Part shown: one piece after another, positions 26,648-38,600 of the stretch
Layout: each line of letters opens with the position of its first letter
Position numbering within the stretch: the stretch's first letter is position 1
Source: Antechinus flavipes
Lineage: Eukaryota
Direction: 5' to 3'
NCBI RefSeq assembly: GCF_016432865.1
Contig: NC_067401.1
Coordinates: forward strand, 190,278,001 to 190,342,000
DNA: 64,000 nt
The notes under the pieces: model-generated
The model's database searches: none
What the model was told of the DNA's origin: nothing
The model's input: only the letters and a program-made list of their open reading frames with translations
Position numbers and translations under genes: made by a program

Positions 26648-27827
26648 AAATAGATTTGTTAACTATAAGAAGGTGAAAAGTTTATTTAACTTTGCTAATC
26701 CTGTTTCATATTATTTTGTAAATTTAATTTAAGGAATTAGGTATTTTTCATGTTGCTAAAAAAATTAATAGGAAATTAAACAAAAACTATTTGGTTATTT
26801 TCAGGAAAAATCAAAATTTGTTAGGTTATTTGGAGCTATTGTCATCATGTTAAATCTAAGTCTGATAATTACTGTATCCATAAAACCCCTATGAATGGTG
26901 AGGATTGGCAACAAATAGCTTATTCCTTTCCTGGGGTCACTATCTACCCTTTTAATTTTAATTTTAAGTTTTCTTAACTTTCAGGATAAGTTAGATCATC
27001 AGTCCTGAGAGATGAGCCTGTTTTAGGAAATATAGTAATATATACAACAAGGAAAGTACTGAAATTCTGTAAGTTCATTTTATGATTAATCCTTTGCACC
27101 AGGAAGAGTTGTTAACATACAAAACAAGTTAAACACTCTTTTATGTGTCTAAAGTTTTGGTAAACTTTTAAAAATAATTTATTTAGCCCTAAGTTGCAAT
27201 TAGTAGAATTTGGTATTAGAGATAAAACTCCCCCTTTCTTTTGTTTTAGAACACAGGTGGTCATGCCATAGAGTATGGTCCAATTAGTATTTAGCCTCAC
27301 ATGCTTGGGACCTCAGTGCATCAACTCAAGCTTCAGCCCATTACATAAAACCTCTTAGGACTACTACTGATAGATTTTTTTTTTTAGTTTTGAATTTGAT
27401 TGATCATTAAGTCAGTAATCCACCACTTGAGAGAATTTTCATAAACTACACAGAGAAATGTGACCCTGAACAGATAGGGGTCTGTATCTGAACAAGAGTT
27501 GGAAGCTTTTGCTCAAATCCTTCTAACTCTGTTTCCCAGTTCTGTTTATTTCCTACCTGATCATTCTTGAGTCTGATAAGATAGAACTATTAAAACTGGA
27601 TTTCCATCTAACTTAAGGAAGCTTTATTTTGTCATGTGTATACTCCCAGAATGAGGCCTGAAGAACCAGTTCTGATATTATCATTCCCCCTCTATTTTCT
27701 TCCTATAACAAATTTCTATGATAAGAGCAAATGGCTAATGCAAATTCAGATTGAAAACAATCTGAAAAGATATAATTATTATATCTTAAATAAATTGGTG
27801 AACAAGTATTTAGCCTACCCATCTATT

Positions 27828-27877
<50 letters not shown>

Positions 27878-28380
27878 TATGTATATATATACATATATAT
27901 ATCTGCATGAAATAAAATCCTTATAGATTTCCAACACAACTTAAGAACAATTAATATGATTGTCCATAAGATCTAACTGTTATTTTATTGTTTATTGAAA
28001 GTAAAGCTGAAACATCGTTAACATTTGTATATACTGTATGTCCTGTGACACAAATATATTTCATTATCTGAAAAGTTGTAGGTCAACCTATATTGATGCT
28101 CTTTACATCTTATAGCAGTCCTTGTAAACTTGTTTTTCCATCTTCCTCTATTTGTTAGATTTGTTTTGTATTCTAGATTTTGGTTGGTTACAGCCTGCAT
28201 TGGCCAGCTTCAAGGAACTGAATCAATAATCGGATACTTCAATTAGTTCCAGCTTACCCCCCTCCATAAAAAGATGGGACCCTGCAAGTGGCTCATTTTC
28301 AGCAGGAAGTAGTTTCTGAAGATGAAATCATCCCCCCTGCTCCCAGAGGACTTTGGGCCTCATTGGTTTTTTTTGGGGGG
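25620..28380 (+). mobile_element. AT-rich ERV internal module, copy 2 (replaces pro-pol in ERV-A)
   Basis: Collinear with 745-3945. Ends with the class I 3' motif CAGCAGGAAGTAG and a GGGGGGAA PPT-like tract near 28375. Confidence 0.7.
27831..27901. repeat. (TG)n(TA)n compound microsatellite
   Basis: Seen directly. A similar repeat lies at 23624-23661. Confidence 0.9.
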
Positions 28381-28559
28381 AACTAGAACTAATTGGGGAA
28401 TGGACCCCAAATTATTCAGTGTCTGGATGGGTATCTGTTATAATGTATTTGGGACTTAGGATGGCAGATTTTCACAATTCAGATATAGGATTCCATGATG
28501 TTTTCAAGCCCCTCAGAGATATACTGTACAGAGTGTTTACAAATATCCATAGATGTTTC

Positions 28560-29490
28560 TAACTTCAGATATTATTTTAAGGAATGGCACTAGGATCCAA
28601 ATCATGAATGTGCTAGAAAGATATATTATAACATGTTACAATTGTGTTTTATCCCATTGTCTTACTTCTATCCAAATGTTTTCAAATTTGCTACCTATGG
28701 TTTTTATTATTGAACACTCATCCTACATGATAATGCCTAATAAGATTAATCACAATTGGTACAGATCAGCAGGTGAACAGGTTTGAGAAAATATCAAAGG
28801 AAAGTTAGAAAATAGTAATAGGGAAAAGAGATTTGTTGGATTACTCGCTGTTAGAATTCTAGCAGCTATAGTAATTATTATTACATCACTTGCTCTTACA
28901 GAATTTGTTCAGACTACTCAGTTCGCAGATGAATTACCAAAAAAAAAAAAACAAAAAACAAAAAAACTATCACAAGCTTTTAAAGAACAAAATATAGATA
29001 ATGAGTTAAAATAAAACTAAACTTAGGGAAACAATTATTTATATGATTAGGGAATCATATAAACAATTTGGAATCTTGATTACAGCTAGCTTGTGATTAT
29101 AGATTCAGTCATGTATGTATAATTCCATATAGATGGCATAATGAAACCAATAATGTGACAGGGCTTCAAATAAGGAACAGAATAAATGGAGCTATATATG
29201 ATTCCAATCTCACTTGGGATATATCTCAGCTACCTGTTTTAATAGAAAACATGGAAAAATAGTGTCTCTGGAACTGATTCTGAGAGCATAGCTAACCAAA
29301 TATTCGAGTGGTTAAAAATATAAATCCTATAAATTATCTGACTTCTATGCTTTTGCATTTTGTTCCTCTTGCATGTTTTATTTTTATATTTTTTGGCTTA
29401 GCCCCTTCTGCTTTCAGATATGTCTTGCAATCATTGTCAACTATGAGAACTGAGATCCATAGACTTTGTCTTTTAAATAAAAGGAAGAAA
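28560..29490 (+). pseudogene. ERV-A beta-type env remnant
   Basis: Furin site REKR at 28820-28831, then the hydrophobic fusion peptide FVGLLAVRILAAIVIII. CDYRFSHVC (CX7C, beta-type TM) at 29092-29118. Membrane anchor and tail fall in ORF 29308-29511. Confidence 0.8.
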
Positions 29491-30036
29491 TTGTGGAGGG
29501 CCAGGAAGTAAGTCCAAAAAACAGTAAGAATCCATTTCAGGTTTTGAAACTAACTCTCTTTTAGGACATTCCTTTTTTACTGATCAGTTTTTTCCAATAA
29601 ACAAATTTAGAGACAGACCTATTCAAAAGCTTGATAAAGGATGCCTGCAACTGGAACAAAAATACAAAGACATACCTTTGAACTTAGGACAGGAAAAGGC
29701 ATTCCACTATACATAGATCAAAGACATTTAGGAAGAATGTATCAAAGACATTGATATGATAATTTCTTCTCTGATGACTATCATAACTGTTTACAATTCA
29801 GTCTAGGACTGACTATTTGCATTTCAGTGGATAGATCTTTTGTTAAAGCTGATACAGGAATATCAAAGTGTGGATTGTGTATCAACTCTTAAAAATGATG
29901 CCAGTGACTATATATTGGAAATGTATATAATTAATAAATTCAAAGACTGCACAGCAGATCTCCTGCCTAGCCCTTTTTTTTTTTTAATTTTTAAAATTTC
30001 ACACCCTTGGTCACTCACTGGAACTGTATTCTGACA

Positions 30037-31450
30037 GTTTTCATTTTGGGATCTCTTTCAAGAAGTATATGGTGGATTCTTTCAATTTCTATTTTATCCT
30101 TTGGTTCTAGAATATTAAGGAAGTTTGATAATTTATTGAAAGATGATGTCTAGGTTCTGTTTTTGATCATGACTTTCAGATAATCCAATAATTCTTAAAT
30201 TATATCTCCTGCATCTACTTTTCCAGATCAGTTGTTTTTCTAATGAGGTATTTCACATTCTCTGTTTTTCTTTTTCCATTCTTTTTGATTTTGTTTTGTT
30301 GTTTTTCAGTGTTTCATAAAGTCACTAGTTTAGTAGTATAATTCTACTTCTAAGGAATTATTTTCTTCAGTGAGTTATTGTACTTCTTTTTCCATATGGC
30401 CAATTCTACATTTTAGGAGTTCTCTTTAGTGAATTTTTGTATGTCTTTTTTTTTTTTTTTTAATCTATGTGGCCATTTCTGCTTTTCAAGACATTCTTCT
30501 CTTCAATGGATTTTTTTAAAAAAAGAACATTGTCTTGTGCCCAGAAGAACATCAGGGAGGATTAAAAATATATAACAAAATATTTCCAGTTTAAGAATAT
30601 ATATATGTAGAATAAATTATATTTATGAACATTCACCTTTTCTTTGCTTCCTTGTGAATTGTTCTTTTGTTCTCTGCTGTGCACCTTTTTTTTACTTTAT
30701 TCATCATTGGATTTTTGAGCCTCTTTCAGATTTTTTTTTAAGGTGTTATTTTCTTCAGCATTATTTTGTATGTATGTGTGTGTGTGCACCTGCTTTAGGA
30801 AGCTGTTGGTTTTTTTTTTTTTTCCATTGTTTTCTATAACACTCATTTCTTTTTTCAGTTTTTCCTTTTCCTTCCTTTTCCTTATTCTGGAGACCTGTAA
30901 GTTTATAGCTCTTTCAAAGTAGTATGATCTTCAGGGAGGTATATTTACTACTTTTCTGTGTTGTGCCCTGTTTGTGAACTGTGACCAAGATACCTGCTTT
31001 TCTGTAGCTACAAACTTAGCTGTGCTTATGCTTCTCTTCACCCTGGGATTGAAATCCAGAACTTCAACACAGATCCAAATATAGCCATTGCAACAGAATC
31101 CTGCCCCTGATGCCTCCTTTGTTAAAAGGACCCCTGTAAATCTTTTTCTGATTAGTTGTCCAATCCCCTTACCATCTGTGTGTTGAAAGGAACCACCATT
31201 TTTTGTCACTGATTCAGTCACCTTCAGGCCATTCTTGGTTTGCTGAGGCCTGCTCTTCACTGGCACAGACTGCGCTAGGCTGTCCTACTCTCCTATTCTG
31301 GTGCAACAAACTTTTCCTGCCTTTTCCTTCTCAGTTGCTGGGCTAGAAAATTGTTTTACTCTATCTTTTTGTGTGTTCTGTTGCTCAAGAATTTGCTTAA
31401 AGTCATTATTTAAAGGTATTTGGAGGGGTTTGGGGAAGAGCTCAGGCAAA
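30037..31450 (-). mobile_element. Host L1 fragment, right part (ORF1/5' region)
   Basis: Continuation of the 16290-16566 L1; T-rich antisense ORF1-type sequence. Confidence 0.7.
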
Positions 31451-33434
31451 TCTCAGGATTGTTGTGAGGATAAAATGAAATATTTGTAAAATGTTTTACG
31501 AGCCTTATAAATGCAAGCTATTGCTAGTACCACTACATAATGATAATAAATGCTTATTTATTGATTGGTCTTCTTGGCTTCCAAGGTATTTGCTATGAAG
31601 AAGTTATATGCTAAGAAAGAAAAAACTTGCTTGATTTGATCCCACTAGGGGTTTTCTTTCCTTTTCTACATTTTGTCTTATTCAGTCTTTACTTGCCAAC
31701 ATCCTAAAGCTTTTAGGTGTCTAGTCCTTCATTTCTCAACCATTGTCCCTAAATCTTGCCTTAAAATCCTCTTCTTTTCTTGGCTCACCAAGCTATAAAG
31801 GATATGTTTTTCCAAGGGGGTTTTATTTGGGTAAGATTTGTTGATCAGGAAAGTCCATGATCAATTTGAGGAATTTCCCCTATCAACTTAATGGGCTTTT
31901 AATTGAAGCACTATGAGACCATGGTGCATGTCACTTGCACCTTGCTGAGAAGACACAGAGAACTAATGATTGGGTTTCAGAAGATGTTACTGTCTCTAAG
32001 ATAATTGACTGGTAGAGATTCAGGTGAAAAGATTTCTGTTGAAGGAATTACCTCTCTTTTATAGTGTATAAAATCATTTAAAAGCCCACCTTTCTTCCCT
32101 TTGGAATTCCCTTTCATTTTTCCCTTTTCAGAAGAGAGACCAGTATACCAGTATAGTGTAACTGCATTCTAGGTAACAAAGGAACCTGTGCTCATACAAA
32201 GCATTCCCCAAAGTAACTAGAACTAGCTACCAAGATATAACCACCCCAACCTGGGGAAATCCTAGGACCATCTAAACTTATAATACTACCCTGTAGTTTA
32301 AGGTAAGGGGACATACTTTTTTTGGTGTTGTTGATGAATCATTTCAATTGTGTCCGACCTTCATGACCCCATTTGAAGTTTTCTTGGCAAAGATATTAGA
32401 GTGGTTTGCCATTTCCTTCTCTAGCTCATTTGACAGATCAGGGACTGAAGCAAACGGGGTAAATGACTTACCTAAGTGTCATACAGCTAAATGAATGTCT
32501 GAGACTCATTTTGAAATTAGATTTTCCTGATTCTAGGCTGGTGTTTTACCCACCTAGCTGCCCCTGGGATATACTTTGAGAAGTAATCTTCTGGCAATTT
32601 GACGTGTATTATTTGAGTAACTTACTGGTTTTGTCTTCCAAGTAGAAGCTGCTCAGGAATTCTGTAGTTTGTTCTCCTTTTTCTCAAAAAGCATGATTCA
32701 TATGAAATCTGGAACTTGGGAATAAAACTCTCAAGATTGGGACTCCTATCTTTGGCCAAGTGGGCACACACATTTGCTTTTTCCATGTGTTTTTGCAGAA
32801 CAAAATCCTCAATACTTGTCTGTTACCACCTCTGGAACTGGGAAAATCCACTTTTAAGATCTTTCCTTTCTGACTGTTGCAAGAAAGTATAACTGTTAGC
32901 TATCCCTGCCAGGGCAGCCATTTTTAGTTCCAGGAAAAAGAGGAATTTTCAATTGCACAAGTTTCTATACTGTGCCTATATTTCCTATTAGAGCTGTGGT
33001 GAAGAGAGTATTTTATAATGCTCAGAATAAACTTAGGTTAGCAAGGAAATCTAAGAGGGTGTTTTGGAGGTTTGTTAGCTTTGAAAACTGTATTGGAAGA
33101 AAAGGGATAATCAAAAAGGGGAAAAAAATCTTTGCTTGGATTGAATGGAATAATGATTGCTAAAAATAGTAAGCTGTAGCTGCTCAATTAATTTTATTTC
33201 TCTTCTCTGCCAAGGAGAATGAATTTTTTGCTAGAAATGATAGAACAAAAATGACTGTTAACAGAAATTAATATTCAAAATAAATAAGAGAGATAGTAAA
33301 AGAACATAGTTTCCCCTAAATTCAAGTTATTTGACCCAGATAAAGTGAATCAGCAACAAAAGATTGGCAGATTTGATTACTGAGCCACTATTAGTAATAT
33401 TTGAAACAGCATAGATAAGATACCCTAACAGCGA

Positions 33435-34172
33435 TGAGGGTCCCCCTGCCAGTGTCGCAGATTTTGCGAAAGAATTCGCAGTTCATCTCCAAGAGAGATT
33501 TGGCAAAAATGGATTTATTTTTACTGAGTAGTTCTCTCAGTGGGTCACTGATTAGGAAGATAGCAAAGACTGGGATACAGAGTCTTGATTTTATTTAGTC
33601 TTTTATGGCTTTGGACTAGGGAGGGACTAATTTCCAAATCAATAAGGGTGATGATTGTTTTCCAGACCAAAGTGATTCCCAGATCAACTGGAGGTGGGGA
33701 TGCTCCCAGAGGCTGGGAGGGTATGAGATTCAGGATTTTCCAACCCAAATCCATTCCCCAAAGATCAGGGGGACACAGAGTCTTATTATATCATTCCCCC
33801 CTCCAAATTCATTTGGGGCAAAGATCTCATCTTCTGAAGCTGCTTCAGGCTGACAAGGACTGCAGATCTGTCCCTCCACTCAATGGGGTTCAGGCCAGGA
33901 GGGGAAGTACATGCTTTGAAGATAACAGCAGCAACATCTAGGCTATGTTGAGTGTCCAAGTCAGTTAGCCCATGATTTTCAGACTGAACAAGTAGTTGGA
34001 GGTTTGTAGCTTGGAGCCTGGAGGAAATGAATCTTACAAGCACGTTAAAAGTGGGGTAGCATCCAGGGTGGAGATGGAGACAATTGGGAATTGGAACTTG
34101 GCAAAAAAATGCATTAAGATACATCTTCCCTAGTCTGACTAGGAAGTTAGCTCCCCACCAGTAAGGACCCAT
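33435..34172 (-). mobile_element. Class I ERV 3' fragment: env tail, PPT and LTR
   Basis: ORF 33786-34172 reads FNVLVRFISSRLQATNLQLLVQ. PPT GGAGGGGGGAA is followed by an LTR at 33793-33435 (TGA...CCTCA) containing AATAAA. Confidence 0.8.
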
Positions 34173-34531
34173 AGAATTACACTATGAAAGCCGAAGAGAG
34201 AGTACTAGGAGTAAAGTTCTCATGATGAGAAAATAAGGAAGGAGATTATAGTGAGAGAAAGGAGGACAGAGACAATTTCACTCTTCTTTCTCCAGAGTAT
34301 TTTCAGGGATCCTGTGGAAAAGTAGCTTCAGGCCCTCTATGAGTTCACAGGAATATTCAGAAATATCTGAGAGAGAAGTAACAGAAACTGTGGCCCAGGG
34401 CCAAGTTTCTTTTTCCAGAAATCATGTGGTTTACAAATAAAGGGATCATATAACCCTTTTCTTTGTGAGACTAAGTTAGGGCTACCTTTGCATTAAAATT
34501 CCCATATAAAGTAATTCAGTAATCCTAAAGA

Positions 34532-34874
34532 TGTGGTTGGGTTAGAAGTTTTTCCTCATTTATGACTGAGAATGTGAGGTCATTTGTCCTGACTAATCAA
34601 GGAAAAGGTCCATCCTATAGGGAGCATTACCCCAGACCCAAATAAATATATACAGGTGTCCTGACTAATCAGGGAAAAGGTCCAACCTATAGGGAGCATT
34701 ACCCCAGACCAGTATATATTTATTCTTTGTTTCCTGTACATTGCCTCTCCTTTTCTGACTCCCTGTCAGACAGGGAGGGACCCACCCTTTCTCCAGAGAT
34801 CATAATAAATTCCTTTCTGCTTTTACCCTGAAAAATCTCCTTGATTTATTTGAGCTCGTGGTCTTTGTCCCACA
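34532..34874 (+). mobile_element. Solo LTR 760 bp upstream of the C2 ATG
   Basis: TGTGG...CCCACA termini; 54-bp direct repeat at 34585-34638 and 34657-34710; TATA-like at 34713; AATAAA at 34804. Confidence 0.75.
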
Positions 34875-35633
34875 AACTTCTGAGGTTACTTCATGCTCTA
34901 CATCAGTGATTCCATGATCTTCAGAACATTCCTATGTTAGAGAGTGCTGTTATTATCATTCCCATTTTGTTGATGAGGAAACTGAAACTTGGATCGATTA
35001 CTCAATTTATCTTGGTCAAATGATGAGGAAATGGTTATTAAACCAGTGTCTTCTGACTCTATATTCTGTGCTTTTTCTTTTCCACTGTCCTACCTGCCCA
35101 TTTGTTTCCCGAGTTTTCTGAAAACAAGCTATAAATAGATTTCTAGTCACTCTTCAAAATCAAACAGTGAATCCAGTTTAATTATTTTACTCCTTTAGGG
35201 GAAGGCAGCAAAGCTTAAAATTCATGAAACATCCCAGCCACAATTTATATTTAGGAAAATATTACAGGCTCATAGAAATTAAAGAGTACTTGGTATAATG
35301 CAAAACCAGAACCCAACAAATCCTTAAGTTCAATTTACAAAAAAGTTTGAAAATTTGTTGCATTGCTGTGTGTGTGTATAATTTTTCACTGATAAATTTC
35401 TTACATGGAAAGCAGAAAAGGGAATGAGGGATTATTGATTTCATGGGGATGTGTTTTCCCTCTTCCCTTCCCCCCAACCCAAAACTCATAGAACTTCCCT
35501 CCTCCCCCATTCCCTATTCCTCTGGCAGCAAACGGCATAGTTTCTGAGCCAATTGTGTTTTCGGGCAAGTCAGATGATCCTGTTCCCCGTTCCTGTTAAC
35601 TTTCAGCCTGTCCCTGCCCCTAAAATTAAGACT

Positions 35634-38600
35634 ATGGGTTTCCTTCATGCTCTTTTGCTGCTGTTCCTGTGTGCAAGTAAGGAGAATGGGAAAAGAAAAT
35701 AAAGATCATAATGATCTTTGGGAAAGTGGGGAGGGGAAGGATAGTGCTGTTCAGACTGAGGTACTTGGATGGGCATCCTCTTTTTCTTCTTAATCTATCT
35801 TTTTATGTCCCCGTCTCTGTGTTTTTCCCCATAGGCTTGTCTATCACTGCTCCCTCCTGTTCCAGGAATGTGAAGATTTTAGGTGGCAACTTTACTCTCA
35901 GCAATGGTTGGGTCCCAGGAAGCCTCCTCATTTATACCTGCCCTCTAGGGCGCTACCCATACCCTGTATCGAGTCGGTTGTGCAACAGCAATGGACAGTG
36001 GAAGTCCTTAGGACGCTCCGAGGTCACCAAAGCAGTATGCAAATGTGAGGGGACACATGTTTTGATCAATTGTAGTACCGACCTCTTCCTCAGAATCAGC
36101 CACCTCCTACTTCTATCACCTGACTCTCTTCCAAATTCCCACTCCTGCTCCTTGACTCTTTGTCCCTATTCTCGACACTGTGGCTTACCAGAACCTAGGC
36201 ATCTTCTTTTCCTAAAGGTTTCCTACTCTCCTCTCAAGCATGTCCTGCTCTCCTGTAACTTAGTTCAATGAAGTATTGATTAAATTCCATCTGTGTTCAG
36301 CACTATACTAGTGTGTCAACTCTGCCTCCCTTTACCTCAGCATACATCATTGTTTTCTTTCCCCAGATGTGCGCTGTCCAGCTCCTGTTGCTTTTGAGAA
36401 TGGGGTCTATAGTCCCCGGCTGAGCTCTCACCCCGTGGGTGGCAATGTAAGCTTTGAGTGTGAGGATGGATACATCTTGCGTGGTTCTGTCGTGAGGCAC
36501 TGCAAACCCAATGGGATGTGGGATGGAGAGACAGCTGTATGTGATAGTGGAGGTGATTATCTGAGGGCACCTGTGATTTGGGAGGGGCAAGGAGAAGAGG
36601 CTGTGTGGTTGGGTGACATCACAGGAGAATCTAGAGGGAAGAGATGGTCTGTGTTTCAATACTAACTGCTGCATTGCATTTTTGAATTCTTTGAGGTGTT
36701 GTGCCCCAGTTCCCTTTTATTGTCCTGACTCAGTTTCCCTAAATTATTCTGCCTCAAATTCCCTTAATTGTTCTGCCTCAATCCCCTTAGTTGCAACACC
36801 CCCTCTAATTCATTAGGACTGATATAACTCAGAACTAGTTATTCTAAGGTTATAAATTGTAAATGTGTAAACTTAAGATAAGGGGGAGTTCAGACTTCTT
36901 GGCTCCTAACTCCTCGTAAGTCATCAATTTATGGTCTTATCCCCCAACCTGTCAGAAATGGATTGATGGTCCCTGCCTGGAGATTCCCACTCACCAGAGT
37001 TTGGACTCCACCCCTCTTTGTGTAACTGAGCTTCAAGCCAAGGGTGTATATGTCATTGAGAACTCACATTTTGGATGCTTTGAATATCAGTCCCTGGGGC
37101 ATCATGCCCCCAGCACAATCTCTCCCTCTCAGAAATCCAAATAAAATATTAAAAATTCTATCTTGCCTCAGTGTCTCAGGCACTACATTGGCAGTTATAC
37201 TGAGGGCTTGTAAATTCTAAATATTACATAATGGAAGGATTTATTTGATCAAGAGAATCAGATGAGGAGTTCTAGATATAATAATTAATATGGTGTTTTA
37301 AGGTTTGCAAAGTAAAGTATCTTCAGGGAAAATATCTGGGGTTCTAGGCTGTCAAGGAAACTATGGCTGTCCTCAAGTCCTGTGCATTGAGACATTGGCC
37401 ATAAATGTAGGTGAAGCAGGTTGTCACTCATGTGGTATGACTTGAGAAGGCACCATCCTTTCTGTTCAGAAACATCAATCTTCCTGTCAGTCTGTCTATC
37501 ATAATAGCTTATTTGCTTTGAGTCTCAAAGACTTTTGTTTGACAGTCCTTTAGTTAAATGCAAAAAGGGGGTGGGAAGACATTAAAAGCTTTATTTACTA
37601 CTATGTTAGGTGTCCATTAACACCTTAGTGGATGGCCATGTGAGAGTAAGTGCCTGAAGAAGTGGGTAGTTAGAGAATAGTAAATGGCACAAGAGAGTGT
37701 GGAAGAGAGAGGGAAAGATTTTGGTGGAGTTTCTGGGAGGACATTAGATATAAACTTCCTCTTGATTTTGCCTAGGTTTGGCAGGTTGTCTTGCATTGAT
37801 TTATATACAATTACACATGCATTTTNNNNNNNNNNNNNNNNNNNNNNNNNNNNNNNNNNNNNNNNNNNNNNNNNNNNNNNNNNNNNNNNNNNNNNNNNNN
37901 NNNNNNNNNNNNNNNNNNNNNNNNNNNNNNNNNNNNNNNNNNNNNNNNNNNNNNNNNNNNNNNNNNNNNNNNNNNNNNNNNNAGCACTGATTCTAGAGTT
38001 CAGATCCAGCCTTCTGATCTTTATTGCTTATGTGTAAATAAGGGTGTTGAACTAGATGGCTTCTGGGATTCATATTCTAAAGCTGTGACCTTGTGTCTTT
38101 AGGAAGCCCTAAGGAAGGTATATATTTCTAGAGGTGGTTTTAGATTTTTCAAGAGATGACTGGGTACCATGTGAAACACTCATAGAATTGTGAGGGAGAT
38201 TAAAGAAGAGAAGGAAAAAAAAAAAGAATGAGAGAAGAATCTGGGAATTTAGGATTGTCTCCTTTGTTTTTGTTTTTTTTTTTTTTCCTCCTCTCTTTAC
38301 ATATAGCCGGACATTGCCCAGATCCTGGAATTCCAATTGGGGCTGTGAGGACAGGATATCAATTCAATGTTGGTAATCGAGTGAAGTATCGTTGTTCAGA
38401 GAAGCTGATCTTGATAGGTTCCGAGGAACGAGAATGCCAGGGGAATGGAGTCTGGAGTGGGACTGAACCCATTTGCAGATGTGAGTAGCAAGTCTCTACC
38501 CTCTCTCCTCCCTTTACTCTTCAGATTAATAAGAAACTCTCACGTATGCATAACAATTTATAGTTTACAAAGCATTTTCATATTTCATTTATATCCATTT

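Larger units (their letters stand above)
16567..30036 (+). mobile_element. ERV-A: degenerate class II (betaretrovirus-like) provirus carrying nested insertions
   Basis: Perfect 6-bp TSD GTTTTC at 16561-16566 and 30037-30042 inside a split L1. Interrupted 5' LTR ends TGACA at 21875; PBS TGGTGCCC at 21878; gag remnants at 23700-24990; env remnant at 28560-29490; PPT AAATAAAAGGAAGAAAT; 3' LTR at 29492-30036. Confidence 0.85.

Noticed and set aside
1-35600. Additional host genes (e.g. ZBTB12) or a CRISPR-like array upstream of C2
   Set aside because: No BTB or zinc-finger exons were seen, and the repeats are TSDs, LTRs and microsatellites rather than repeat-spacer arrays.
37684-38037. ORFs spanning the N run
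   Set aside because: Artefacts of the assembly gap.
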